64,000 nt of DNA. It comes from an uncultured Actinomycetes bacterium. GTDB lineage: Bacteria; Actinomycetota; UBA4738; HRBIN12. The stretch covers positions 277,923 to 341,922 of the forward strand of contig CAVXYE010000007.1 of the NCBI GenBank assembly GCA_963765865.1. Direction: 5' to 3'. Below, one piece after another: positions 8,648 through 17,671 of the stretch (within the stretch, counting starts at the first letter, position 1; each line of letters starts with the position of its first letter). The position numbers and the translations under genes were made by a program. The notes beneath the pieces are model-generated. The model was not told where the DNA came from. It saw only the letters and a program-made list of their open reading frames with translations, and searched no databases.

Positions 8648-9876
8648 CAGGGCTTCCTCGCGATCAGGGCGTAGTCCTGGGGTCGTTCGTCCTCGTCGGC
8701 GTTCATCAAACGAACCTCGGCCGAATCGAAGCCGGCGAAGCCGGCCATCACGCGGAGCGTCTCGGGGTTCGCGGGCCAGGTGTGGGTGATGTCACCGAAG
8801 AACCATCTGGCGAGCGCATCCACGTTCAGAGGGTAGATGGTCTCCACGACCAGGGCCCCGCCCGGGGCGAGCGCTCGTTGCGCATATTGCAGGAGCGGGA
8901 GCCAGGACGCCGGCGGAAGGTGTTCGACGACCTGGATCGCGCTCATCGCCGCCGGAGCCTCTCCCTCGTACGTGAGCAGGAAGTCGGGCAACGTCCCTTC
9001 GACGGCATCGATGCCACGCTCCTCGCACGTCGCGACGGCCTGCGCCGAGATATCCATGCCGAGCACCCGCCAGCCCCATCCCTGGAGCAGCGCGAGGAAC
9101 TGGCCCTCCCCGCATCCCAGATCGAGCCACAGCGGCGTACCTCCGTGTTGCGTCCGCAGCTGATCGGCGAGATCCCGATACTGGAGCAGCTTCTGCTCGA
9201 TCGACTCCTGCGAGCCGCGGAGCGCGGCTTCGAACCTCCAGTAGAACGCGTCCGGCAGGGCGGCCTCGGGATGGGGGGCCGGTGCCGCCGCGGCTGCCGG
9301 CGTGGATGCGGGCGCCGAACCGGTCACGCCGCCCGCCGACGCGAGCCGTCGGGACAACGCTTCGAGCTCTGAAGCCGCCGATCCGATCCGAACATCGTGT
9401 TCGTGGGCGACGGTCTGCGATGCCCGTAACGCCGTTCGGACCTCGTCCCACGCCGCCTCGGCCCGGCGAAGATCGGACCGGAGTTCCTGGAGCTCCGACG
9501 TGAGGCCGGCGATCTCCTGGCGGGCCGCCTCGAGCTCCCGGGACGTCTCGAGTCCGAGCAGCGCCAGGTCGGCGCCGATCCGGTCGTACCGGCGCATCAA
9601 CGGACGGAGCAACCGGAAGGTGAGCCGCTTGATCCTCCGCTTCAGCGGGCGACCCATCTGGAGGATCTGATCGTCCGGGAGCGGTCGGGAAGCGTGATCG
9701 CGACGAAGCGTCGCCTCCAGCTCCCCCCAGCGGATCGCGAGGTCCGACGTTCCGTCGGCCGATCGGGATCCCGGCGACGAACCGGACACGGGTGGCGCCG
9801 CCCAGTACAGCTCGCGGGCGAGTGAATCGGCGGCGGTCTCCTCCGTCGTCGACGTCCGTGCCTCGTCGCCCGTCAC
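8647..9876 (-). CDS. Class I SAM-dependent methyltransferase with an N-terminal coiled-coil region (WbdD-like architecture)
   Basis: Motif I LDLGCGEGQF and C-terminal Rossmann fold. About 150 aa of heptad-like LE/AR-rich sequence before the MT domain. GTG start at 9876, 4 nt after the mutY stop. Confidence 0.65.
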   Translation of the reverse strand: MTGDEARTSTTEETAADSLARELYWAAPPVSGSSPGSRSADGTSDLAIRWGELEATLRRDHASRPLPDDQILQMGRPLKRRIKRLTFRLLRPLMRRYDRIGADLALLGLETSRELEAARQEIAGLTSELQELRSDLRRAEAAWDEVRTALRASQTVAHEHDVRIGSAASELEALSRRLASAGGVTGSAPASTPAAAAAPAPHPEAALPDAFYWRFEAALRGSQESIEQKLLQYRDLADQLRTQHGGTPLWLDLGCGEGQFLALLQGWGWRVLGMDISAQAVATCEERGIDAVEGTLPDFLLTYEGEAPAAMSAIQVVEHLPPASWLPLLQYAQRALAPGGALVVETIYPLNVDALARWFFGDITHTWPANPETLRVMAGFAGFDSAEVRLMNADEDERPQDYALIARKP

Positions 9877-9880
9877 GAGC

Positions 9881-10834
9881 TCATCCCTCCGGTCGGGTGG
9901 CGGCCGAAAGGCTAAACGAATCGGAAGACCGACCGGGTTCGCGGTTCGAACGCTCCGACGGGTGGTTCACGGGAAGGCGGAACGAGCGGCCACGCCGCTC
10001 GACGATCCCGTCGCGGACGAGTCCGGTGACCGCCGACCCGACGCGATCGGCTCCGAACCCCGTCGCCGCGGCCAAGCCCAAGAGACCTGCCGACGGCCGC
10101 TCACGCAACACCGCCACGATCCGCCCGCGGACCTGACGGTTCGATCCCTCGAAGGGCGACTGCTTGGGGGCGACGGCCGACCTCCCGGGCCTGCCGGCGC
10201 TGCGGAACCGGCACCACGGCTCGAGCGGACACACATCGCATCGAGGCGTCGGGCGGCACACCTCGCGCCCGAGGTCCATCATCGCCTGGTTCCAGGTCGC
10301 GGGGTCACGCCGATCGAGCAGGACCCGAGCGGCCGCCGCGATCCGAGGACCGTCACGTTCCTCCGGCTCGCGACCGAGCACGACACGCGACGCTACCCGA
10401 CGAACGTTGACGTCCATCGCGACGACCGGCCGGCCGAACGCGATCGCTGCGACGGCCGACGCGGTATAGGGACCGACCCCCGGGAGCTGCTGGAGCGCTC
10501 CCGGATCGTCCGGCACCTCTCCACCGTGGACCCGGACGATGGTTCGAGCGGCCTCCTGCAGGGCGACGGCACGCCGGTGATACCCGAGCCCGGACCATGC
10601 GCGGAGCACGTCGGCCGGCGCCGCGGCCGCGAGGCTCGATACGTTCGGGAACCGCCGGAGGAACCGATCGAAGGCCGCAGCGACGCGGGCGGCCTGCGTC
10701 TGCTGCAGCATCACCTCGCTGACGAGGACCGCGTAGGGACCGATCCCGTCCCGGCGCCAGGGGTACCCCTCGCGCCGCGGGCGATACCAGGCGCGCAGCG
10801 CTCGTCGAAGGGGGCTAGGCTCAAGAGCGGTCAT
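9881..10834 (-). CDS. mutY: A/G-specific adenine DNA glycosylase (MutY; HhH-GPD superfamily with 4Fe-4S loop)
   Basis: ORF 9881..11065, trimmed to the ATG at 10834 by alignment to the MutY N-terminus (LRAWY..PWR..PY.VLVSEVMLQQTQ). Shows HhH motif LPGVGPYTA and CRPTPRCDVCPLEPWC. Confidence 0.8.
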   Translation of the reverse strand: MTALEPSPLRRALRAWYRPRREGYPWRRDGIGPYAVLVSEVMLQQTQAARVAAAFDRFLRRFPNVSSLAAAAPADVLRAWSGLGYHRRAVALQEAARTIVRVHGGEVPDDPGALQQLPGVGPYTASAVAAIAFGRPVVAMDVNVRRVASRVVLGREPEERDGPRIAAAARVLLDRRDPATWNQAMMDLGREVCRPTPRCDVCPLEPWCRFRSAGRPGRSAVAPKQSPFEGSNRQVRGRIVAVLRERPSAGLLGLAAATGFGADRVGSAVTGLVRDGIVERRGRSFRLPVNHPSERSNREPGRSSDSFSLSAATRPEG

Positions 10835-11195
10835 GCCGGCCATCCGCGAGCTCATGAGCATCGATCTCATCTCGGTCCCGCCCACGGCGACCGTCGCCGA
10901 GGCCGCCCAGGTGATGAGCCTCCAGCACGTCGGCGCTGCCCTCGTGATCGACGGTGAGGACCTGGTCGGCATCTTCACGGAGCGGGACATCGTGCGGGCG
11001 CTTGCCGCGGAGCACGACGCGGCAACCCATGAGGTCGGGGAGTGGATGACCAAGGACCCGGTCACCTTGGACGCCGACGCGTCCGCTCAGGAAACGCTCG
11101 CGCTGATGCTGGCCAAGGGGTTCCGTCATGTCCCCGTGACGGAGACCGGGCTGCTCGTCGGCATCGTGTCGATGCGTGATCTCTCCATCCGATGA
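10833..11195 (+). CDS. CBS domain pair protein
   Basis: 120 aa. Two CBS repeats (ELMSIDLISV...GIFTERDIVRAL; EWMTKDPVTL...GIVSMRDL). ATG at 10833 overlaps the divergent mutY ATG. Confidence 0.7.
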   Translation: MPAIRELMSIDLISVPPTATVAEAAQVMSLQHVGAALVIDGEDLVGIFTERDIVRALAAEHDAATHEVGEWMTKDPVTLDADASAQETLALMLAKGFRHVPVTETGLLVGIVSMRDLSIR

Positions 11196-11229
11196 CGGGC
11201 GGCTCCGTTGCCGGCCCGTGACGCCGTTG

Positions 11230-11412
11230 CTAGAAGCCGGCCCGAGACTCGGAGTTGATCATGGCTGTGACGACCTCTTGGAGCGCCGCGTGGACGGCGC
11301 GGAAGATGTCCGCCACCTGGTCCGGCGTCGCCGTCGCGGCCGAGCCTCTGGCCGCCATCGCCGTGATGTCGCATGCCTTGTCGAACACGTGCCAGTCGCT
11401 CTCGCGGGACAT
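11230..11412 (-). CDS. Small hypothetical protein (60 aa)
   Basis: Strong RBS (GAGGAGGAAcatccgATG). About 90% GC at third positions. The antisense ORF 11255..11470(+) is compositionally poor. Confidence 0.5.
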   Translation of the reverse strand: MSRESDWHVFDKACDITAMAARGSAATATPDQVADIFRAVHAALQEVVTAMINSESRAGF

Positions 11413-11513
11413 CGGATGTTCCTCCTCGTGGTTCCGCTCGTGGATGGGAGATCCTCGCCACCCAGGCTAGCCGAAGAGCATGGACATCGAAGTCGAGGAC
11501 CTCGAACGATGTC

Positions 11514-11536
11514 GGAACCGCCTTCGGCCGTTCGTC
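11514..11536 (+). promoter_or_regulatory. Candidate ECF-type promoter (GGAAC-N14-CGTC) upstream of the yciI-like/sigma operon
   Basis: GGAACcgccttcggccgttCGTCaa lies about 50 nt upstream of the ATG at 11588. The spacing is slightly short of the canonical 16-17 nt. Confidence 0.25.
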
Positions 11537-11587
11537 AACTAGGGTGAACGGGCGGCATCAGGCCGGCCTCGGCCCAGGAGGGTGTGC

Positions 11588-11935
11588 ATGAAGTATGCGT
11601 TGTTGATCTACGCGGACGAGAAGGCGTGGGCGTCGGTCCCACACGATGAGCAGCACGCGATCTACGAGGAGTACGACAAGTTCGCGAACGAGCTCGTCGA
11701 GCGCGGCGTGATGCGCGGCGGCGACCAGCTCGCGGACAGCCCGGCCGCCACCACCGTCCGCGTGCGGGACGGCCAGCAGCTCGTCACCGATGGTCCGTTC
11801 GCGGAGACGAAGGAGCAGCTCGGCGGCTACTTCCTGGTTGAGGTCGACGACCTCGACACCGCGATCGAGCTCGCGGGCAAGCTCCCGGGGGCGCGGCACG
11901 GCTCCGTGGAGGTGCGCCCCATCATCGAGGGATGA
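11588..11935 (+). CDS. YciI-like (YCII-related/DGPF domain) protein
   Basis: MKYALLIY...DGPFAETKEQLGGYFLVEVDDLDTAIELAGKLP. ATG at 11588 with SD AGGAGGG. ATGA overlap with the sigma gene. Confidence 0.8.
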   Translation: MKYALLIYADEKAWASVPHDEQHAIYEEYDKFANELVERGVMRGGDQLADSPAATTVRVRDGQQLVTDGPFAETKEQLGGYFLVEVDDLDTAIELAGKLPGARHGSVEVRPIIEG

Positions 11936-13152
11936 CCGACGCGCTCGGAGCCCTCGAGCGATCCTTCCGGCAGGGCTCCGGGCGGGCGGTGGCGGCCCTG
12001 ATCCGGGTCACGGGGGACTTCGACCTCGCCGAGGAGGCGGTCCAGGACGCGTTCGAGGTCGCGCTGCGCACCTGGCCGAGCCGCGGCGTGCCGGACAACC
12101 CTGAGGCATGGATCGTGACGACCGCGCGCAACCGCGCGATCGACAAGCTCCGGCGTGAGCGCGTCGGCCGGGCGAAGACCGAGGCCGCCGCGCAGATCGC
12201 CGAGCTGGAGACCATCGGAGCCGACGTGCAGGAGATCCCGGACGACCGCCTCCGGCTCCTCTTCACGTGTTGCCATCCGGCCCTCGCGATGGACGCCCGG
12301 GTCGCGCTGACGCTCCGAACGGTCGCGGGGCTGTCGACCCGCGAGATCGCGCGGGCATTCCTCGTTCCGGAGCCGACCCTCGGGCAACGTCTCACCCGCG
12401 CGAAGCGCAAGATCCGCGACGCCGCGATCCCGTACCGCGTGCCGCCGAGGGAGCTCCTGCCGGAACGTCTCGACGGCGTGCTCGCCGTTCTGTACCTGGT
12501 CTTCAACGAGGGATACGCCGCGACCCAGGGCGAGCTGCTTCGAGCCGAGATGGGCGACGAGGCGATCCGGCTGGCCCGGCTCGTCGATCGGCTCCTCCCG
12601 GGGGACGAGGACGTTCGCGCCCTGCTCGCGCTGATGCTGCTCCAGCACGCCCGTCGCGCCGCTCGAACCGACGGGGCGGGCGACCTCGTCCTGCTCGAGG
12701 ACCAGGACCGCTCCCGATGGGATCACGTCATGATCGACGAGGGGCTGTCGTTGCTGTCCGAGGCCGCGCGGCGCCCGGGCGCCTATCGCGTGCAGGCCGA
12801 GATCGCCGCGTGTCACGCCCGGGCGCCGCGCCCCGAAGACACTGACTGGCCCGAGATCGCGACCCTGTACGGCCGTTTGGCGACGCTCCAGCCGTCGCCG
12901 GTCGTCGAGCTCAATCGGGCGGCCGCCGTCGCGATGGCCGACGGGCCCGAGACCGGGCTGCGGATGCTCGTGCCGCTCCAAGCCGACCTGGATCGCTATC
13001 ACCTGTTCCATTCCGCCAAGGCCGATCTGCTCCGTCGCGCCGGGCGGACCGACGACGCGGTCGAGGCGTACCGGCGGGCGCTCGACCTGACGACGAATGA
13101 CGCCGAACGTCGCTTCTTGGAGCGACGGCTGACTGCGCTGCAGCGAGCCTGA
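11932..13152 (+). CDS. ECF-type RNA polymerase sigma factor with a long C-terminal extension (sigma-24-like / DUF6596-type)
   Basis: Sigma-70 region 2 (PEAWIVTTARNRAIDKLRRER) and region 4 (LSTREIARAFLVPEPTLGQRLTRAKRKIR), plus a ~230-aa helical C-terminal domain. This is the classic pairing with YciI-like genes. Confidence 0.8.
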   Translation: MTDALGALERSFRQGSGRAVAALIRVTGDFDLAEEAVQDAFEVALRTWPSRGVPDNPEAWIVTTARNRAIDKLRRERVGRAKTEAAAQIAELETIGADVQEIPDDRLRLLFTCCHPALAMDARVALTLRTVAGLSTREIARAFLVPEPTLGQRLTRAKRKIRDAAIPYRVPPRELLPERLDGVLAVLYLVFNEGYAATQGELLRAEMGDEAIRLARLVDRLLPGDEDVRALLALMLLQHARRAARTDGAGDLVLLEDQDRSRWDHVMIDEGLSLLSEAARRPGAYRVQAEIAACHARAPRPEDTDWPEIATLYGRLATLQPSPVVELNRAAAVAMADGPETGLRMLVPLQADLDRYHLFHSAKADLLRRAGRTDDAVEAYRRALDLTTNDAERRFLERRLTALQRA

Positions 13153-13207
13153 ACTCCGCCTCACGCTCCGGACCACGTCCGATGCGTGGCGTAGCATCGT
13201 CGGCGCG

Positions 13208-14635
13208 ATGCTCTTCCCCACGACGGACTTCGCGATCTTCTTCTGCCTGGTCTTCCTGGGCCACTGGTGGCTGAACCACAACCCGCGGTTGTGGAAGCCC
13301 TTCATGATCGCCGCGAGCTACGTCTTCTACGGCTGGTGGAACTGGCGATACGTGTTCCTCCTCGCCGCTGTCTCCCTCATCACCCAGATCGCGGCGATCG
13401 CCATCGACCGCCAACGAGAGCCGAGGCGCCGGTCGGTCGCCTTGGCGCTCGGCGTCGCCGCGACGATCGCACCCCTCCTGTACTTCAAGTACTACGGCTT
13501 CTTCACCGTCAACGTCGCGAACGCCGCCACGACGTTCGGGCTGCACGTCGCCCCGCCGCTGATCCAGGTCGTGCTGCCGGTGGGGGTCTCCTTCTACACC
13601 TTCATGGCGATCGCCTACATCGTGGACATCTACCGCGGCGACTTCGAGGTCGCGAGCTGGGTCGACCTGTACCTCTACCTGTCCTTCTTCCCGCACCTGG
13701 TCGCCGGGCCGATCGTTCGTCCCAACGAGCTCATCCCGCAGCTCGACGTGCGGCGCGACCCCAGACACATCGACGTCGCAGGGGCGATGTGGCTGATCCT
13801 CGGCGGGTTGTTCAAGAAGGTGGTGATCGCCAACTATCTGGCGGGAGCGATCGTCGATCCCGTGTTCGGCGACCCTGCTCGGCACAGCTCGCCGGAAGCG
13901 ATCGTCGCGATCGTGGCCTACGCGGTCCAGATCTACTGCGACTTCAGTGGGTACACGGACATCGCGATCGGGATCGCGAAGTTGCTCGGGTTCCGATTCC
14001 CCCAGAACTTCGACCGCCCGTACAGCGCGCGCTCCGTCCAGGAGTTCTGGCGCCGCTGGCACATGACGCTCTCCCGGTGGCTGCGCGATTACCTCTACAT
14101 CCCGCTCGGGGGGAACCGGAAGGGAACGACGCGCACCTACGTCAACCTGATGATCACGATGCTCCTCGGCGGTCTGTGGCACGGCGCGGCCTGGCACTTC
14201 GTCGTGTGGGGGGGCTTGCACGGCGTGTACCTCGCGGTGGGCCACTGGAAGGACGGCAAGCGCGAGGCGGGGCAGCTCGCGGAACCCCCGGAGACGGCGC
14301 TCGTCCGCGGGATGCAGCAGCTCGCGACGTTCACGCTCGTGTGCATCGCGTGGACGCTCTTCCGAGCGGATTCCGTCGCGACCGCCCTCTCGTTGCTCGC
14401 GCGCACCGTGACCGCCTGGGGGCTGCCCTCACCGCTCGTCACCGCCCCTGTCCTGCTGGCCATCTCCGCCGGGCTCGTGACGCAGTTCCTTCCCCATCGG
14501 CCCGCGGAACGACTCAAGGTGGCTCTCTCGCGGCTGCGCCCGGTCCCGCTGGGGGTGACCGTCGCGGTCGTACTCTTCCTGATCACGACGCTCGGACCCC
14601 GCGGCGTCGCGCCGTTCATCTACTTCCAGTTCTGA
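13208..14635 (+). CDS. MBOAT family membrane-bound O-acyltransferase (AlgI/DltB-like)
   Basis: 475 aa, polytopic. Conserved MBOAT core (FWRRWHMTLSRWLRDYLYIPLGGNR...GLWHGAAW) with the catalytic His. Confidence 0.85.
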   Translation: MLFPTTDFAIFFCLVFLGHWWLNHNPRLWKPFMIAASYVFYGWWNWRYVFLLAAVSLITQIAAIAIDRQREPRRRSVALALGVAATIAPLLYFKYYGFFTVNVANAATTFGLHVAPPLIQVVLPVGVSFYTFMAIAYIVDIYRGDFEVASWVDLYLYLSFFPHLVAGPIVRPNELIPQLDVRRDPRHIDVAGAMWLILGGLFKKVVIANYLAGAIVDPVFGDPARHSSPEAIVAIVAYAVQIYCDFSGYTDIAIGIAKLLGFRFPQNFDRPYSARSVQEFWRRWHMTLSRWLRDYLYIPLGGNRKGTTRTYVNLMITMLLGGLWHGAAWHFVVWGGLHGVYLAVGHWKDGKREAGQLAEPPETALVRGMQQLATFTLVCIAWTLFRADSVATALSLLARTVTAWGLPSPLVTAPVLLAISAGLVTQFLPHRPAERLKVALSRLRPVPLGVTVAVVLFLITTLGPRGVAPFIYFQF

Positions 14636-14636
14636 G

Positions 14637-15698
14637 ATGACCACCGACACCCAGGAACGCACGACGACGCGTGAGCGGCCCGAGAACCCCGGCGACGGTT
14701 TGCCTCCGGGCCGCCGGGGCATGCCCGCCGGGCGGGTCCTCGTGGTGCTCCTCCTCGGGCTCCTCCTGTGGAGCCTGCTGTACGCGCCCGAGCTGAAGCG
14801 ATCGTCGGAGGCGCAGCCGGACGGTCTCCGGCGGACGGTCTCGCTCGCCGTCTTGGACCCGGTCGTGTGGGTGGAGGACCGCGTCGGCCTCGCGAGGCTG
14901 ATCGACAACGCCACCCAGGCGCTCGGTCGCCACCCGAACGAGGCGGTCGGGGGCGGCATCGACGTCGACCCGCTGCCGAGCGTTCCCGCGCCGGCACACC
15001 CCGTCGGACATCCGCAACGAGACACGAAGATCCGTGTGCCCACCGTCGCCAAGCCGTTGCGCGTGGTCGTCGTCGGGGACTCGCTGGCGCAGGGCATCGG
15101 GTCCTTCGCCGAGCGCGTATTCAAGCCGTCGCTCGTCGACGTCATCAAGCAAGGGCGCATCTCCACCGGGCTCGCTCGCCCCGACTACTTCAACTGGCCG
15201 GCACAGATGCGGACCATCGTCGATCGCTCTCGTCCCGACCTGACGATCGTGATGCTCGGCGAGAACGACGCCCAATCCCTGGTGACGCCGGCCGGCCAGG
15301 TGGTAGCCCAGATCGGCACCGGGGATTTCCCTCCCGCCTACGAACAGCGGGTCCGTGCATTCGCGAGCCTCGCGACGTCGGAGGGCGGCCACGTGATCTG
15401 GGTCGGGCTCCCCAACCCACGCGACTCGCGGCGCTGGGATTTCATCGAGCGACAGAACGGCGCCTTCCAGGCGGTCGCCGACGAGCTCCCGAACGTGTCG
15501 TTCTTCGACACGTGGAGCACGTTCGCCGCGCCGGGCGGCGGCTACACCGCGTATTACCACGACGGCAAACACCTCACGCTCGTGCGTGCTGATGATGGTG
15601 TGCACTTCAACGCCGACGGATACACGATCTTGATGCGGTTGGTCGCCCAGTTCGCGACGGATCAGTTCCGGTTGGATCCCAAGACCTACGAGGGATGA
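14637..15698 (+). CDS. SGNH/GDSL hydrolase-fold protein with an N-terminal membrane anchor (AlgJ/DltD/PatB-like O-acyl transfer partner)
   Basis: TM helix RVLVVLLLGLLLWSLL. Block I VVVVGDSLAQG and block V DGVHFNADGY. Starts 1 nt after the MBOAT stop. Confidence 0.75.
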   Translation: MTTDTQERTTTRERPENPGDGLPPGRRGMPAGRVLVVLLLGLLLWSLLYAPELKRSSEAQPDGLRRTVSLAVLDPVVWVEDRVGLARLIDNATQALGRHPNEAVGGGIDVDPLPSVPAPAHPVGHPQRDTKIRVPTVAKPLRVVVVGDSLAQGIGSFAERVFKPSLVDVIKQGRISTGLARPDYFNWPAQMRTIVDRSRPDLTIVMLGENDAQSLVTPAGQVVAQIGTGDFPPAYEQRVRAFASLATSEGGHVIWVGLPNPRDSRRWDFIERQNGAFQAVADELPNVSFFDTWSTFAAPGGGYTAYYHDGKHLTLVRADDGVHFNADGYTILMRLVAQFATDQFRLDPKTYEG

Positions 15699-16222
15699 CG
15701 GGCGGATCCGTCGGTGAGCTCCTTCACGACGTACGTGCACACCCCTGCCACGGGAAGGGCCATCCCTTCGTCCGTCTCGAGCCGAGCAGCCTGTACGAAC
15801 GGTCCGTGCGCGAACACGTACCCGAGCCGCCGGTAGAGCGAGCGCGCCGGCGCGGAGTCGTCCTCGACGCCAACGCCCAGCCCCAGCCGGGCGAAGCCCG
15901 CCGAGCGCGTCTCGCGCTCGGCTGCGGCGACGAGCGCCGTCGCGATCCCGCGACGGCGCCGGGCGGCCGCGACCCCGAGGTCCCGGATCTCCGGGCATCC
16001 CTCGCGATAGGCGGACGGCGACCACTCCGGGTGACCGGGGAACACCACCATCGCCTTGCCCGCAGGCTCGTCTCCCACCCAGGCGACCAGCTGCACGGCG
16101 AGGCCGCGCTGCTGGAACGCGAGCCGCTTGGCGTACTCGGTGGTGTTCCAGGCCGGCATGCCGGCCTGGAACGGCGCGAGGTCCGCCGGCGCGAGCCGGC
16201 GGACCTCCACCGACGCGGTCAC
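15686..16222 (-). CDS. GNAT family N-acetyltransferase
   Basis: C-terminal 178 aa of ORF 15686..16807. The GTG at 16222 forms a GTGA overlap with the TrpB2 stop. Acetyl-CoA motif [15 protein letters not shown]. Convergent 13-bp overlap with the SGNH gene. Confidence 0.65.
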   Translation of the reverse strand: MTASVEVRRLAPADLAPFQAGMPAWNTTEYAKRLAFQQRGLAVQLVAWVGDEPAGKAMVVFPGHPEWSPSAYREGCPEIRDLGVAAARRRRGIATALVAAAERETRSAGFARLGLGVGVEDDSAPARSLYRRLGYVFAHGPFVQAARLETDEGMALPVAGVCTYVVKELTDGSARHPS

Positions 16223-17607
16223 CCGCCGAGCGAGGGTGCGTCCGGGAGGTCGGCCAGCGCGGCATCCTCCGCGGCTGGATCGAACTCGAAGTCCGGCAGC
16301 CGGCCGTTGAGGTAGTCGTCGTAGGCCTGCATGTCGAAGTAGCCGTGCCCCGACAGGTTGACCAGGATCACGCGCTCCTCGTCGGCCTCGCGCGCTGCGT
16401 CGGCCTCTTCGATCACGGCCTTCAGCCCGTGCGCGGACTCCGGCGCGGGGATGATCCCCTCGGCGTGCGCGAATCGGATCGCGGCGTCGAACACCTCGTT
16501 CTGGGTGTACGCGCGCGCCTCCATGTGGCCGTGCCGCACCAACAGCGAAAGCGACGGCGAGTCGCCGTGATAGCGGAGACCCCCGGCGTGCACGGGCGCC
16601 GGAACGAACGTGTGCCCGAGCGTGTACATCGGCAGCAGCGGCGTCATCCCGGCCGCGTCGGCGAGGTCGTACGCGAACACGCCTTTCGTCAAGGTCGGGC
16701 ATGCCGCCGGCTCGGTCGCGATGAACCTGGTCTGGGTGCGCCCGGCCAACCGATCCGCGATGAACGGGTAGGCGAGCCCGGCGTAGCTGGAGCCGCCGCC
16801 CACGCACCCGATCACGACGTGCGGGTCGCTCTCACCGGCGAGCTTCATCTGCTCCTTCGCCTCGAGCCCGATCACCGTCTGGTGCAGCAGGACGTGATTC
16901 AACACCGAGCCGAGCGAGTACTTCACCGCGCCGTTCGACGTGGCCGCCACCTCGACCGCCTCGCTGATCGCGATGCCGAGCGACCCGGTCGAGTCGGGAT
17001 GGGCCTCGAGGATCGCCTTGCCGGCCTGGGTGGTCGGCGACGGGGACGGGATCACCTCGGCGCCGAAGGTCTCCATGAAGATCCGGCGGTACGGCTTCTG
17101 CTCGTACGAGGCCTTCACCATGAAGACCTGGCATCCGATCCCGAAGAACGAGCACGCCATCGAGAGGGCAGAGCCCCACTGCCCGGCGCCCGTCTCGGTC
17201 GCGATCCGCTTCGTGCCGGCTTCCTTGTTGTAGAACGCCTGAGCGACCGCGGTGTTCGGCTTGTGCGAACCGGCCGGCGAGACCCCCTCGTACTTGTAGT
17301 AGATCCGGGCCGGCGTCTGCAGCGCCTGCTCCAGGCGAACGGCGCGATGCAGTGGCGAAGGCCGCCAGAGCCGGTACACGTCGAGGATGCCGCCGGGGAT
17401 GTCGATCCACTCCTCGGTCGCGACCTCCTGCATGATCAGCGCCTCGGGGAACAGCGGCGCCAGCAGGTCGGGCGTGACGGGTTCCTTCGTTCCGGGGTGC
17501 AGCGGCGGCAGCGGTTGGATCCCCGCCTGCACGAGCGAAGGCATGATGTTGAACCACGCGGTCGGCATGCGTTCCTGCGACAGGTCGAACCGGGTGGGCT
17601 CCATCAT
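16219..17607 (-). CDS. TrpB2-type tryptophan synthase beta-like PLP-dependent enzyme
   Basis: ORF 16219..17901, trimmed to ATG-ATG at 17607 (SD AGGAGGtcgccacATG). [17 protein letters not shown] (PLP lysine) is characteristic of TrpB2. Confidence 0.8.
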   Translation of the reverse strand: MMEPTRFDLSQERMPTAWFNIMPSLVQAGIQPLPPLHPGTKEPVTPDLLAPLFPEALIMQEVATEEWIDIPGGILDVYRLWRPSPLHRAVRLEQALQTPARIYYKYEGVSPAGSHKPNTAVAQAFYNKEAGTKRIATETGAGQWGSALSMACSFFGIGCQVFMVKASYEQKPYRRIFMETFGAEVIPSPSPTTQAGKAILEAHPDSTGSLGIAISEAVEVAATSNGAVKYSLGSVLNHVLLHQTVIGLEAKEQMKLAGESDPHVVIGCVGGGSSYAGLAYPFIADRLAGRTQTRFIATEPAACPTLTKGVFAYDLADAAGMTPLLPMYTLGHTFVPAPVHAGGLRYHGDSPSLSLLVRHGHMEARAYTQNEVFDAAIRFAHAEGIIPAPESAHGLKAVIEEADAAREADEERVILVNLSGHGYFDMQAYDDYLNGRLPDFEFDPAAEDAALADLPDAPSLGG

Positions 17608-17671
17608 GTGGCGACCTCCTGTGGGACGAGCGCCGAGCCTACCGCCCCGCCGGTCGGCGAGGGAAGCCGAC

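Noticed and set aside
11255-11470. 71-aa plus-strand ORF antisense to the small gene at 11230..11412
   Set aside because: W/S/A-rich sequence with no RBS. The minus-strand reading has a strong SD and about 90% GC3.
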